From IMG/VR virus record IMGVR_UViG_3300020182_002648, positions 82,810 through 146,809 of that record: a DNA stretch of 64,000 nucleotides, one strand, 5' to 3'. A model generated the notes under the pieces. That model searched no databases. It was not told where the DNA came from and saw nothing but the letters and a program-made list of their open reading frames with translations. A program made the translations under genes and the position numbers. Of this stretch, positions 1 through 9,184 are shown in pieces. This DNA comes from a virus. Within the stretch, counting starts at the first letter, position 1. Each line of letters begins with the position of its first letter.

Positions 1-12
1 CACTGTAGGCAA

Positions 13-177
13 CTATTGTTTTTCTTTCTCTTCTTCTGGTACAATGTAGCTAGCGATTGTGGTTAACACATCCTCCAACTTGAGGACAGAGTCAGCTAGA
101 CTGTTGATTGTGTCTTCTAAGATCTGCACTCTACTCTCAAGTTCGATGATTTTACTGCTAGTTGGATCGTGACTCAT
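13..177 (-). CDS. small coiled-coil hypothetical protein (54 aa, not in ORF track)
   Basis: Hand-translated MSHDPTSSKIIELESRVQILEDTINSL...EKQ*; ATG overlaps the stop of 177..518. Confidence 0.6.
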   Translation of the reverse strand: MSHDPTSSKIIELESRVQILEDTINSLADSVLKLEDVLTTIASYIVPEEEKEKQ

Positions 178-518
178 TATCGTGACCTGGTGCGTGAGTG
201 ATAATTACGATTGTGATTATGAACGCGACGACGATTCCGGTTTTTGTAATGATGCTCAATCAATAGAGACACTTCATCACGATGCATGTTACGCTTGGTG
301 ATAATCTTAGGCGTCTCAGCATTTCTACCTGACGTGTCTGTGATCTCAATCAAGAAGTTCTCAACACCATCAGCTTGTTGTCCGGTGTTACCACCAGTCA
401 CTGTGATGTTGTAGCCTGAACTCAATGTACCTTGAGCAATACATCCTGTGTTGGGTACCACCATTGGGTGAAATACGAGATTAGCGAAAGAGGCGATTTG
501 ATCCTGATTTTTGTTCAT
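177..518 (-). CDS. hypothetical protein
   Basis: 113 aa ORF coupled to neighbours; basic C-terminus. Confidence 0.6.
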   Translation of the reverse strand: MNKNQDQIASFANLVFHPMVVPNTGCIAQGTLSSGYNITVTGGNTGQQADGVENFLIEITDTSGRNAETPKIITKRNMHRDEVSLLIEHHYKNRNRRRVHNHNRNYHSRTRSR

Positions 519-754
519 AGTGTGTTTGTTAGGTGTCTAGTTATTAATGCTAAGTCTTCAATCTCTTTATTGAATCTTGTTAAATTGTGTGTTGTTGCGT
601 AGAAGATGGCTGACTTGAATCGTAACAACACGTCGTTCATCAACTCATCGCTAGGTTTGTCATCATTCTTCACAGCGTCATCGCAAATGGCATCCCATAG
701 ATCACCAGCGAAGAAATCAGTTACATCTGTCCAGTTTTGGTCGTCTTCATTCAT
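515..754 (-). CDS. hypothetical protein
   Basis: 79 aa ORF in co-oriented run. Confidence 0.6.
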   Translation of the reverse strand: MNEDDQNWTDVTDFFAGDLWDAICDDAVKNDDKPSDELMNDVLLRFKSAIFYATTHNLTRFNKEIEDLALITRHLTNTL

Positions 755-762
755 GTGTTGTG

Positions 763-954
763 TTATTTAGCGATTACTACGAAGGCGTCTAAGACGAACT
801 CTAAGATGGCCCACCCGATAAACATGCAAAGCCCGCCGACTGCCATAACTCTGGCTTGAGCTGGGAAGAGAAAAAACCCTCCGATTAACATGCAGCTCGC
901 GATGAATATCGCTAAGACTACACCCATTGATCCTATTTCTATTTCTGGTGGCAT
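763..954 (-). CDS. small membrane protein (2 TM)
   Basis: Two hydrophobic stretches; promoter at 996..1024. Confidence 0.6.
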   Translation of the reverse strand: MPPEIEIGSMGVVLAIFIASCMLIGGFFLFPAQARVMAVGGLCMFIGWAILEFVLDAFVVIAK

Positions 955-995
955 AATATGTAATTATTTAATGTTATTGTCGTTGTTAAAATTTA

Positions 996-1024
996 ATTAT
1001 AATCTATTCTAGCTGATCAGGCAA
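996..1024 (-). promoter_or_regulatory. sigma70-type promoter TTGCCT-N17-TATAAT
   Basis: Read directly on minus strand. Confidence 0.7.
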
Positions 1025-1970
1025 CTAATAGATGTTCAACCGCTACTCGTTTGGCTCGAGCCTGCATGCCTGATCCTAGATTGCTGATAAACTTACGGGC
1101 AGACGGGTTCTTGCTACTCTTGGCATGGTGATCAAGATACTCTGTGACTGCATTCATCATGTCATAGCGTGTCTTCCCTTCATTTCCCATACCCTCTTTG
1201 AAGAGATGAATAAGATCATCCACTCGATTGTTCATCATGGTCTTGCTTCTGTCTGATTTCAATTTAGCAGCCTTCTTGACAGTCTCTTTGTCTCGGAAAT
1301 CATTGAAGAAGTTCTGAGCGAATGATTTAGCCTGTCCTTCGCTCATGTTCACCTTGTACAATTTACTTGCGATATGTTGAAACTCTTTGATCTGTCCTAC
1401 ACTCCTGCTGAACGCATCACGAGCCTGAGTCAAGTTGTCCTCCCATGTGGTTGAATGTCTCACACCGAATCCTCTGTCCTTGCTAGCAGCAGACAATGAG
1501 GCCATCATGTTGTTACAGATGATTCTGTTGTTGTATGACAGGAATGAGTTGCGTCTCATACCATCATGATACACTATCATGACCACTCGTTGCTCAAATT
1601 TATCATCCTTGTTGTTCGCAGCCTTAAAGTTCTCTGGAAGTTTAGCACTCACCCAACAGGTCTTTCCGTGATTAACAATTCCGGCGGATTCATAAACCGC
1701 CCCGGCGTCTTTGACTGTCTCATCAAATGGCGCGAACATGTCTTCATTGTCAACGATGTTGTAACGATCACTACATGTACCTAACACGAAATGATTGTCC
1801 TCACGACGCAACAGATACTTACCAGACACTTCATCACCTTCAGGTGTGTGCATTGGTACTTTCTCCATTTTGAAGTTGAGTTGGCTCCTCTCAAGGACGT
1901 TACTAAAGTCGATTTCACCGGTCAAGTCTGTGCCGGTTTTCTTATCTAAGCTGGTTAATTGACTGATCAT
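1017..1970 (-). CDS. DUF932 / phage-plasmid (TIGR03299-like) protein
   Basis: RIICNN, VRHS, NAVTEYLDH motifs; start moved to ATG at 1970, 6 nt after the -10 box. Confidence 0.8.
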   Translation of the reverse strand: MISQLTSLDKKTGTDLTGEIDFSNVLERSQLNFKMEKVPMHTPEGDEVSGKYLLRREDNHFVLGTCSDRYNIVDNEDMFAPFDETVKDAGAVYESAGIVNHGKTCWVSAKLPENFKAANNKDDKFEQRVVMIVYHDGMRRNSFLSYNNRIICNNMMASLSAASKDRGFGVRHSTTWEDNLTQARDAFSRSVGQIKEFQHIASKLYKVNMSEGQAKSFAQNFFNDFRDKETVKKAAKLKSDRSKTMMNNRVDDLIHLFKEGMGNEGKTRYDMMNAVTEYLDHHAKSSKNPSARKFISNLGSGMQARAKRVAVEHLLVA

Positions 1971-1976
1971 ATTTAT

Positions 1977-2005
1977 ATTATAATGTATATTGTATTGATG
2001 GGCAA
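1977..2005 (-). promoter_or_regulatory. sigma70-type promoter TTGCCC-N17-TATAAT-N6-ATG
   Basis: Read directly. Confidence 0.75.
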
Positions 2006-2008
2006 CTA

Positions 2009-2239
2009 TTACATGCCCCATTCGTTAGTTACTTTAAGTTCGAACTTGGTCATCACCACATCATCTGACACTCGATCAGTGTGAGAGCAAGTGTATCCCC
2101 ATGGTTCCAATCGTGTCAACATATATGAAAGGTATCTTTCTCTATGTTTGACTAGATATGAGTACTCTTTCTCGATTATAACCTCCATCAGACTGATGCT
2201 AAATTCTTCTAATATCGACCTGACCGGCTTCCGTACCAT
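2009..2239 (-). CDS. hypothetical protein
   Basis: 76 aa ORF abutting the SprT gene. Confidence 0.55.
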   Translation of the reverse strand: MVRKPVRSILEEFSISLMEVIIEKEYSYLVKHRERYLSYMLTRLEPWGYTCSHTDRVSDDVVMTKFELKVTNEWGM

Positions 2240-2968
2240 TTAGTCAACAGTTGCTTCAGCGAAAGCTTCTGCTTGAGTCTTTACCAAGATTGTCTCATAA
2301 TGCGATATCATGTGTTCTAAAGCATCCTCCACAAACTCACGTTGACTCATGGAGCTAGCCTCCACTACATTTTTCAATCGCTCCTTGAAGGAACTGTTGA
2401 CTATCAACGAGAAGTAACGATCATGTGTCTTCTTGACGTTTTTTCTTCTCAAGCCATTGAACAAAGACTCATCTGCATCTACTTTCTTGATAGCTTCAAT
2501 TGCTGGTTGGTCAAGTTTAGTGTGTGACCATCCTCGAGTACCGGACCGCTCAACAGTCAATCCGAATCGCTCGGCAGCTGTCTTGAACTTCTTATTATGG
2601 TACTGACCTCCACTGCAATCACTCACCTTCTCCACACATGCGTTCCACAGATGAGCCATCTCATGTAACAATGTTTCTAACAAGCATGAGGCACCTCTAG
2701 AGAGATATTCAGCACTCAAATTGATCTCAGGAACACTGTCACCTACTAAGTTGTCTTTCCAGAAACCATTTCCAAACCACCCGTAGGCATTGCGACGACC
2801 ACTCTCTTGAATGGTTATGACTACATTGGGTAGTTTGTTCTCTGCGAACGTCGCGTTAAAAATGTCAAATGCACGATACAGCTCAGAATACAATTGCTGG
2901 CTTCGTGATGCGGGACTAGAGACATACCTTCCGGTTTTTTGATCTCTATATTTGGTTTTCTGTTTCAT
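2240..2968 (-). CDS. SprT-like zinc metalloprotease domain protein
   Basis: TLLHEMAH and YHNKKF motifs; possible C-terminal ribbon-helix-helix. Confidence 0.8.
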   Translation of the reverse strand: MKQKTKYRDQKTGRYVSSPASRSQQLYSELYRAFDIFNATFAENKLPNVVITIQESGRRNAYGWFGNGFWKDNLVGDSVPEINLSAEYLSRGASCLLETLLHEMAHLWNACVEKVSDCSGGQYHNKKFKTAAERFGLTVERSGTRGWSHTKLDQPAIEAIKKVDADESLFNGLRRKNVKKTHDRYFSLIVNSSFKERLKNVVEASSMSQREFVEDALEHMISHYETILVKTQAEAFAEATVD

Positions 2969-2974
2969 GTCTTT

Positions 2975-3003
2975 ATTATATACTATTGAATTGTGTTGTG
3001 CAA
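2975..3003 (-). promoter_or_regulatory. sigma70-type promoter TTGCAC-N17-TATAAT-N6-ATG
   Basis: Read directly. Confidence 0.75.
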
Positions 3004-3011
3004 CTTAAAGT

Positions 3012-3272
3012 TTAATATCCCCAATCGAATCCATCACGTCGGAATAGATTGATCTTACCATCATGAGATTTATACTCCTTGATGTATTGCTTTGCGTTAT
3101 TCTCTTTTGCTTTAGTGTGTCGCTTGAGCACTCTGTCTCTCTCAGCATCTCTTTTCTTCATTACCTTGGGGTCGTCATATTGATTACCCAGGCGATACTC
3201 TTGGGAACCACAGGACGATAGAAACAATACAGAAGTTATTAATAGTGCTTTCATTTTGTCATGATATAGCAA
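3012..3272 (-). CDS. putative lipoprotein
   Basis: MKALLITSVLFLSSC lipobox-like signal. Confidence 0.6.
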   Translation of the reverse strand: MLYHDKMKALLITSVLFLSSCGSQEYRLGNQYDDPKVMKKRDAERDRVLKRHTKAKENNAKQYIKEYKSHDGKINLFRRDGFDWGY

Positions 3273-3466
3273 TCCTCTTTGCTTTTGTCAATTCCAAGGC
3301 ATGGATAAATCTTACGGTCATCTCCTAGAACAGTATATGTTGCATGACCGTTATTCTCGAACGTAAGCTCCGTTACTGTTCCCTTGCGGTAAGACCCGGC
3401 ATGATAAAACCACACCCTGTCTTTGATCTTTCTTTTGTGTCTCTTAGGAAATGTCTTTTTCTTCAT
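3251..3466 (-). CDS. hypothetical protein (SH3/Tudor-like)
   Basis: IKDRVWF...KGTVTEL...YTV pattern. Confidence 0.5.
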   Translation of the reverse strand: MKKKTFPKRHKRKIKDRVWFYHAGSYRKGTVTELTFENNGHATYTVLGDDRKIYPCLGIDKSKEDCYIMTK

Positions 3467-3740
3467 GTCCTGGTAATTCTCTAGCGTATGATTCTATCAA
3501 AGCTATACATGATTGAGCTAGCGCTTCAACTGACGGTGCCATGATATCAACTGGCTTGGGTTTGCCATTCTTTCCTGGTTTGCTTATCTCTAGTCTCTCT
3601 TTGCTCAACTCGATCAAGTTCCTGATTGCGATTGATTGCTTGAGTGTTGGAGATGTATCAGACATCATGACGTCATTTATACCGAATGGGTGTCGGCAGC
3701 TAAACCAAAACGCTTTCATTTCATCCTTGAACCAGCTCAT
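3444..3740 (-). CDS. hypothetical protein
   Basis: Overlap-coupled ORF. Confidence 0.55.
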   Translation of the reverse strand: MSWFKDEMKAFWFSCRHPFGINDVMMSDTSPTLKQSIAIRNLIELSKERLEISKPGKNGKPKPVDIMAPSVEALAQSCIALIESYARELPGHEEKDIS

Positions 3741-3994
3741 CTCTTTTTGTATCGATTCCTCTTGATGTTGTTAGCTACAAATTCTTCTGCCATTTTGACT
3801 CTCTTCTCGAGAGACTTGCCTCGAGGCCATCCCTTGGTGAATATTATACTCTCCAAGCCTGTACTGATCATATTCTCGTACTCGAATACATCCTTCTTCT
3901 TTATCAAGAGTATGGTGATCCCGTCATCAAAATGAACTGAGTAACGTGCAGCTAGTTCTCCTCCTCCGTTGTATAATGAGCTTATAATCTTCAT
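3737..3994 (-). CDS. hypothetical protein
   Basis: ATGA-coupled ORF. Confidence 0.55.
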   Translation of the reverse strand: MKIISSLYNGGGELAARYSVHFDDGITILLIKKKDVFEYENMISTGLESIIFTKGWPRGKSLEKRVKMAEEFVANNIKRNRYKKR

Positions 3995-4134
3995 AGAAGC
4001 CAGCTGGCGATAAATCCTAGTGTTTTCATAAATTTTAGTTCTGGTAATTGAGCGAACTTATAGAAACGCTTCCACCAACTCTTGCTAAATACCCAGTCTC
4101 GAGATTTGATGTACTGTGTTCTTATTAGCCTCAT
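3991..4134 (-). CDS. small hypothetical protein (47 aa, not in ORF track)
   Basis: MRLIRTQYIKSRDWVF...; ATG 6 nt after TTGCGC-N17-TATAAT (4141..4169); ATGA overlap with next gene. Confidence 0.6.
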   Translation of the reverse strand: MRLIRTQYIKSRDWVFSKSWWKRFYKFAQLPELKFMKTLGFIASWLL

Positions 4135-4169
4135 AATACAATTATAATGTCAGGTGATGTGATGCGCAA

Positions 4170-4667
4170 CTACTTAAGCTCCCATGGGAACACGATCCAT
4201 TGATCATCCTCCACACACTTGTAATAGTAGTCTGGTGTGAATGATGTTCCTCGTTTGGTGAATATTGATGCAGTTTGAATAGGGTTACCGAAAGCCTCTT
4301 TCACATGGTTCACAACATGTCTCAATGTATTGCCTTTATCAGATATATCATCCACAATAAGAACTGGTTGTCCTTTGGAGAGACCCGGGCAATTGATAGG
4401 TAAGCGTTGATATGTACGTATGCTGCTTTGTATGTCTTCTACATATCCGTTACTGGTGTCGTAACTCGCAACTCCCATGCTATAAACTTCTCTGACACCC
4501 ATCAGGTTTGCGAAGGTTACAGCTGGTACCCATCCACCTCGGCTCAATCCGATGATCACTTGCGGTGGTGGAGGATGATATGTCTTGACTATCTCTCTGC
4601 AAGCACGTTCTATGTATCTCCAGCTATAATGCTTCTTTTTACTCGTCCACTTGCGAATCCAGCTCAT
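4170..4667 (-). CDS. type I phosphoribosyltransferase (xanthine/guanine PRT-like)
   Basis: GLSRGG, LIVDDISDKGNT PRPP motif, WIVFPWE. Confidence 0.9.
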   Translation of the reverse strand: MSWIRKWTSKKKHYSWRYIERACREIVKTYHPPPPQVIIGLSRGGWVPAVTFANLMGVREVYSMGVASYDTSNGYVEDIQSSIRTYQRLPINCPGLSKGQPVLIVDDISDKGNTLRHVVNHVKEAFGNPIQTASIFTKRGTSFTPDYYYKCVEDDQWIVFPWELK

Positions 4668-4818
4668 CGTTTAATTCAGTAAGGTTTTCGATTGCGTCAT
4701 TGAGACTTTCGAGAGTATCACCAGGTTCGATTGTGCAAGCATAAGCGTCGAGCGAGTATTCAAGTTTTTTGTATAAGTCATCTAATGTTGTTATATACTT
4801 CGCAAGATCTTTAGGCAT
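4639..4818 (-). CDS. small acidic hypothetical protein (59 aa, not in ORF track)
   Basis: MPKDLAKYITTLDDLYKKLEY...VDE* fills the gap. Confidence 0.5.
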   Translation of the reverse strand: MPKDLAKYITTLDDLYKKLEYSLDAYACTIEPGDTLESLNDAIENLTELNDELDSQVDE

Positions 4819-4822
4819 AAAC

Positions 4823-5035
4823 TTATTTATGCTCCTCCTGATCCAAAGTCGAGAAAAGTTCCAATTGATCTTTATTTTCTGTATTCAATGTTACGTTAGT
4901 GTCCCATATCTCTGTAACAATCTCATTAGCTAACTCTTCTTGAGCTCTGGAGCTACTCAGATTCACTTGACCTTCGTACTTGTCACTGAACCGCTTGATA
5001 GTGGTTGTAATTTTGTTTTTAATATCGTTTAACAT
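4823..5035 (-). CDS. hypothetical protein
   Basis: 70 aa ORF. Confidence 0.55.
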   Translation of the reverse strand: MLNDIKNKITTTIKRFSDKYEGQVNLSSSRAQEELANEIVTEIWDTNVTLNTENKDQLELFSTLDQEEHK

Positions 5036-5039
5036 AAAG

Positions 5040-6017
5040 TTATTTGTTTTGCGCGGCGAAAGCTAGGATGTTATCTTCTCTTGACTCAAGCTCTTCAGCT
5101 GATAAAGTCCATACACCAGCAGTACCACGACCGTCTTTATTAGCTTTACCAATAGTAACTAACTCTCTTAACAAGTTATAAGCACGATTCACGTTATCTT
5201 CTAGAAGTTTAGAAGCCTCGCTGATGTTGATACCGGTTGGTGACTTGCTCATAGCGTCAAGTAACGCTTCACGGTCAGCAGCTTTACGGTCAGCCTTACT
5301 ACTAACTTTAGTAGTGCTTTCCTCATCACGGATAACAACCGCATCGAAGTCATAACCGTGAGGACCGATGACAGTCTCAAGCTCATTACAAGGACCGAAT
5401 CGATTCTTCTCAAAATACACAACCCGGGCACCGTCATTGTCAACATCGTCGATACGATCGATCTTGAGGTTAGAGTCAACAGTATGAGGAACAATTGTAC
5501 CACCCTTGAGCTCACCACTCTTGGTCAAGTGCATGATGAATACTACAGTACATTCTGTATCTTTAGCGCGCTTAGTCAAAGTCTGTACAGCATATTTCTC
5601 AAGCTGACGACTGTTCATTTTAGTCTTGCTAGTAAGAGCTTGAAATGAATCGATAACAATAAAGTCAAGATCAGTCATGTACTCACAAATCTCATCAATA
5701 TCAGTCATGTTGGCGATTTGTACTCTCTTAGCATTAACTCGATTAGCAGTAAATGCTAACTGATAAATGCTCTCTTCACCAGAGAAATAACCAGTCTTGT
5801 AACCGTTACGATCCATGCCGTCTAACAACTGCAACATGAATGTAGTCTTACCACAACCAGCTTTCGCAGTCAAAGTCAAAGCACTACCAGGTAGAATGCC
5901 TTCATCGAACAACGCATCAATCTTCGTGATGCCAGTTTTGAGGCGACGATTAAAGATGTCAGGGATAGTGATATCACATACCCTGGTGAGTTTGGTTGTT
6001 GTTAAGTCTAGATCCAT
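5040..6017 (-). CDS. RadA/Sms-like RecA-family ATPase, lacking Lon domain
   Basis: Walker A AKAGCGKT, SGEES, Walker B FIVIDS, KNRFG motif; HTH-like C-terminus; promoter 6057..6085. Confidence 0.85.
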   Translation of the reverse strand: MDLDLTTTKLTRVCDITIPDIFNRRLKTGITKIDALFDEGILPGSALTLTAKAGCGKTTFMLQLLDGMDRNGYKTGYFSGEESIYQLAFTANRVNAKRVQIANMTDIDEICEYMTDLDFIVIDSFQALTSKTKMNSRQLEKYAVQTLTKRAKDTECTVVFIMHLTKSGELKGGTIVPHTVDSNLKIDRIDDVDNDGARVVYFEKNRFGPCNELETVIGPHGYDFDAVVIRDEESTTKVSSKADRKAADREALLDAMSKSPTGINISEASKLLEDNVNRAYNLLRELVTIGKANKDGRGTAGVWTLSAEELESREDNILAFAAQNK

Positions 6018-6090
6018 TTTATTATATGTTAGGTGTTGTTATCTTGTTATACTATAATTATAACGTATTTGAGTAGTATGCGCAACTTTA

Positions 6091-6312
6091 TTATTTGTCA
6101 TCTGCTGTGTCTGGTTCGCAGCATTCTTCTGCGAAATAGGTGCTTTTGATCTCAGTGGAAAGTTTCTGTTCATTTGACTGGCGAATCGCGCCCATCATGA
6201 CTTCGCTCTGTTCCCTATGAATATAATCATCAGTCCCTTTGCTGAATATGTCATCAAAATTGTCTCCATATTGCGTTATGTTGTAAGGTCTTGGTTTGCT
6301 TCCTTTGCTCAT
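6091..6312 (-). CDS. small phage protein (MSKGSKPRP type)
   Basis: ATG 6 nt after TTGAAC-N17-TATAAT (6319..6347). Confidence 0.65.
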   Translation of the reverse strand: MSKGSKPRPYNITQYGDNFDDIFSKGTDDYIHREQSEVMMGAIRQSNEQKLSTEIKSTYFAEECCEPDTADDK

Positions 6313-6327
6313 ATGTATATTATAACC

Positions 6328-6513
6328 TCACTCTTCAGAATGTTCAACTTCTTTCTCCTGTTGTATCAACTCGCGAGACACTTTCTCGGCTCTGACTACA
6401 ATTTCTGGATGTGCATCATCGATCCACCAGTCAACAATTTGTCTCTTGTATAAAGCGATCTTGTCATCCTCAGTGAAATCTATAGTGTATTTGTTTATTT
6501 TGACCTCGTCCAT
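6328..6513 (-). CDS. hypothetical protein
   Basis: 61 aa ORF. Confidence 0.5.
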   Translation of the reverse strand: MDEVKINKYTIDFTEDDKIALYKRQIVDWWIDDAHPEIVVRAEKVSRELIQQEKEVEHSEE

Positions 6514-6514
6514 A

Positions 6515-6522
6515 TATAAATA
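6515..6522 (+). promoter_or_regulatory. T4-type late promoter TATAAATA
   Basis: Exact consensus 8 nt upstream of ATG 6531. Confidence 0.75.
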
Positions 6523-6530
6523 ATAACATA

Positions 6531-6926
6531 ATGAAGACGTTTAAGCAACATTTTAGTTCAGTATTAGCAGAAATGACCCGTCCAGGTCTAGCCAGATACT
6601 TCAAGACATCAGAGAGAACAGGAGAGACTAAGTTTAAGAGTCGTCAATACGAAGATGATACTAATGATCTTCTACGCAGAGCACAACGCACAGTGAGCAA
6701 GCTCGATCAAGGAGACAAGGAGTCCATAAGGAGTGAGATAGCTGAACTGTTGTTCAAGATCGACATGATGTATGATGCATCAGGTGACGAGAGAACTGAT
6801 GCAAAAGGTGACCTAGCTCGTAAGCGTACAGAAATCATCAAGAGAGCCAGACAAATGAACGCCATGCCCACTTACGGAGAGGCAGTTCAATTTGCTAGAG
6901 ATTTAAAGATAATACTGAGAGGTTAA
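6531..6926 (+). CDS. putative internal head protein with T4 capsid-targeting-like N-terminus
   Basis: MKTFKQHFSSVLAE resembles T4 IP leader MKTYQEFIAE; late promoter. Confidence 0.55.
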   Translation: MKTFKQHFSSVLAEMTRPGLARYFKTSERTGETKFKSRQYEDDTNDLLRRAQRTVSKLDQGDKESIRSEIAELLFKIDMMYDASGDERTDAKGDLARKRTEIIKRARQMNAMPTYGEAVQFARDLKIILRG

Positions 6927-7243
6927 TGAACCTCGTTATTGACGGTAACTTGGTTTACCCTCCTAGCGAACTGTCTTGTATTAGAGACATAACATTGTAT
7001 AGCTCTATCTACAGTGACCTCACAATCGTTGTTCAGATTTGGCCTGAGTTGAAAGATGATGTCTGGTTCAGATTGAAAGCAGCTGGAGCCATGGATTATG
7101 TGTATGAGATAACTGATCCGGAGATCGATGGTATTGTCATAAGCGATGCTAAAGGTAGTAACATCAGAGTTGATGAGATAACATGTGACAATTTAAACAG
7201 TATTCTCAATCGATTGAGACCCTGGATTGATCTACCTATTTAG
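6926..7243 (+). CDS. hypothetical protein
   Basis: TAATG coupled to upstream gene. Confidence 0.6.
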   Translation: MNLVIDGNLVYPPSELSCIRDITLYSSIYSDLTIVVQIWPELKDDVWFRLKAAGAMDYVYEITDPEIDGIVISDAKGSNIRVDEITCDNLNSILNRLRPWIDLPI

Positions 7244-7706
7244 TGTTGCTTTTCTTTTCAGCTACATTCTTACGACTCTTGCGTACCTGCTCCATATACT
7301 CGCGATGCTTCTCTAGTCGCTTCTGAGCTTCATTAGCTTTATCCCAGGCAGCCATTACTGATGGATCCTTGATAGGTGATTTATCAGAGCCGTACAATGT
7401 ATGCTTCTCGTCTTTGACAGCCTTGTTAGCATCTCCATCCAATTGTTGTAATTTATCAATTGCCTCGTAGTTGTAAGGCATCCCGGACGGTCGATGTTTA
7501 GGTGAAGATGGTGAAGACGACATTCCGTTGTCTAACTTATAAACATAAAACATACCATTACCTACCTTCTTGATACCTGGTCGATTTTGCGACAGATCCT
7601 TTGGTGCTTGTAACTTCTTTAAGAAATTACCAATCATGCTCTCACCGTTAGTTGTGATTGGTAATAACAATGTTATTAATGTCAAGGTGCGTATGTATTT
7701 GTTCAT
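7236..7706 (-). CDS. secreted hypothetical protein
   Basis: Likely start MNKYIRTLTLITLLLPITTNG (signal peptide). Confidence 0.55.
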   Translation of the reverse strand: MNKYIRTLTLITLLLPITTNGESMIGNFLKKLQAPKDLSQNRPGIKKVGNGMFYVYKLDNGMSSSPSSPKHRPSGMPYNYEAIDKLQQLDGDANKAVKDEKHTLYGSDKSPIKDPSVMAAWDKANEAQKRLEKHREYMEQVRKSRKNVAEKKSNTK

Positions 7707-7725
7707 GTCAGTATTCAGTTTGATA

Positions 7726-8178
7726 TTAGTCCTCACGACGTCTTGGCAACACTTCAATCCGATCCATCTTACCGAGAGCTCGTTCATATCTCTTCTCGTA
7801 ATCGATGATCGCATTTGCTCGACTAGCGGCTTCCATATTTTCAGCTTGCGTTCTAGCAACATCAGCTTCTGCTTGCAATGTTCTTTCTCTGGCTGCTAGC
7901 ACATCAAACTCATCAATCGATTGACCGAACATGATACTCTCACGAGACACATATCGACTGCTCTCACGACGTTTGATGTTTCTGTCTAGGTCACGATCGC
8001 GGGCCTGCTCACGAGCTTCTAAAATCTCATTGCGTTCAGCGATGATGTTCTTAGCATCCCGACCAGTCGCGTAGTCTCCGGTGCTAGGGTCATAAACAAT
8101 GGTCTTCGATCGACATCCTACATTGAAGAGGATGGTCAGTGTTGCAGCGAGTTTCACTAATTTTAGTTTGTTTTTCAT
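7726..8178 (-). CDS. putative lipoprotein, coiled-coil
   Basis: MKNKLKLVKLAATLTILFNVGC lipobox. Confidence 0.65.
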   Translation of the reverse strand: MKNKLKLVKLAATLTILFNVGCRSKTIVYDPSTGDYATGRDAKNIIAERNEILEAREQARDRDLDRNIKRRESSRYVSRESIMFGQSIDEFDVLAARERTLQAEADVARTQAENMEAASRANAIIDYEKRYERALGKMDRIEVLPRRRED

Positions 8179-8195
8179 AATCTTGTTTAATATGG

Positions 8196-8366
8196 TTATC
8201 GTTGGCGTATATCTAAGTATACGTCTATTTTCTCAAAGCGCAACTTATTTAAATATGCATCCGCTTTGTGATCGTCACTCCAGTCTGAACATACAAGAAC
8301 GCTAGCGATCAACGCTAACGTTCCTAGTACGGCATATAAAGTGATACCTTTGTTGTTTTTGTTCAT
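8196..8366 (-). CDS. small membrane protein (56 aa, not in ORF track)
   Basis: MNKNNKGITLYAVLGTLALIASVLVC...; ATG 6 nt after TTGCCT-N17-TATAAT (8373..8401). Confidence 0.6.
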   Translation of the reverse strand: MNKNNKGITLYAVLGTLALIASVLVCSDWSDDHKADAYLNKLRFEKIDVYLDIRQR

Positions 8367-8408
8367 TCTATAATTATAGAGATATAATCATAGACAGGCA
8401 ACTAATTA

Positions 8409-8639
8409 TCAATCATCCCATGGATCATCATCAATCTCTTGATTACAATCAAGTGAATCCTCTACTGAGAAACTCACTTCATTAGAATGTGCTCCTGAGT
8501 TGATGATATTAGTAAAAATCTCCAGCTCATCACTAGTGAGATACAACGCGCCTGTATTGTTTCCATCAATTTCTAATACTGCATGCACTGAACCAGATTC
8601 AGCTCGCGAGGCGATCAGTAGCTTCAATGCTTGCATCAT
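8409..8639 (-). CDS. hypothetical protein
   Basis: Coupled ORF. Confidence 0.55.
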   Translation of the reverse strand: MMQALKLLIASRAESGSVHAVLEIDGNNTGALYLTSDELEIFTNIINSGAHSNEVSFSVEDSLDCNQEIDDDPWDD

Positions 8640-8950
8640 TATGCGGGTGCAGGAGCCGGGGCGTCCTCACTCGTAACTTGAGCCTGCTCAGCATCTGCTT
8701 GAGCTTTTTCAGCCTGTTGTACCGCTTCAACGAATGCAGTCTTGATCTCCTTGATCTTCTCTTCATCAGCGTCACTCACGATAGTGTCAGCATCTCTCAG
8801 AGATACTTGCTGTACTAATGTTACAACCTGATTCAATGTGATATTGTTCAGAATGTTATTTGCTACGAAATTGACAAGTTCTTGCTTGTTCTCGATCTCG
8901 GGCTTTGCGTTAGATTTTGTGTCTTTACTCGTACTTTTTTTCTTGGCCAT
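8639..8950 (-). CDS. hypothetical protein
   Basis: 103 aa ORF. Confidence 0.6.
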   Translation of the reverse strand: MAKKKSTSKDTKSNAKPEIENKQELVNFVANNILNNITLNQVVTLVQQVSLRDADTIVSDADEEKIKEIKTAFVEAVQQAEKAQADAEQAQVTSEDAPAPAPA

Positions 8951-8989
8951 ATAATTATATATTATGTTTAAGGGTTAAATCAACTGATT

Positions 8990-9184
8990 CTAGTCTTTTT
9001 CAACTAGATATGTTCCTAAATTCTCTGACAAAACTTCGCATGCAGCAATGATAGAAGCTTTGATCTCAGGATCTTCCTCACCTATGCTAGTCTCATATAC
9101 ATCTAGTATGAAATCGTGAGTGATTTCTTGCTTCACCTCTCCTGTATCCATGTCGTGTGTCTCTTTATTGTTTTTGTTACTCAT
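8990..9184 (-). CDS. hypothetical protein
   Basis: 64 aa ORF. Confidence 0.55.
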   Translation of the reverse strand: MSNKNNKETHDMDTGEVKQEITHDFILDVYETSIGEEDPEIKASIIAACEVLSENLGTYLVEKD

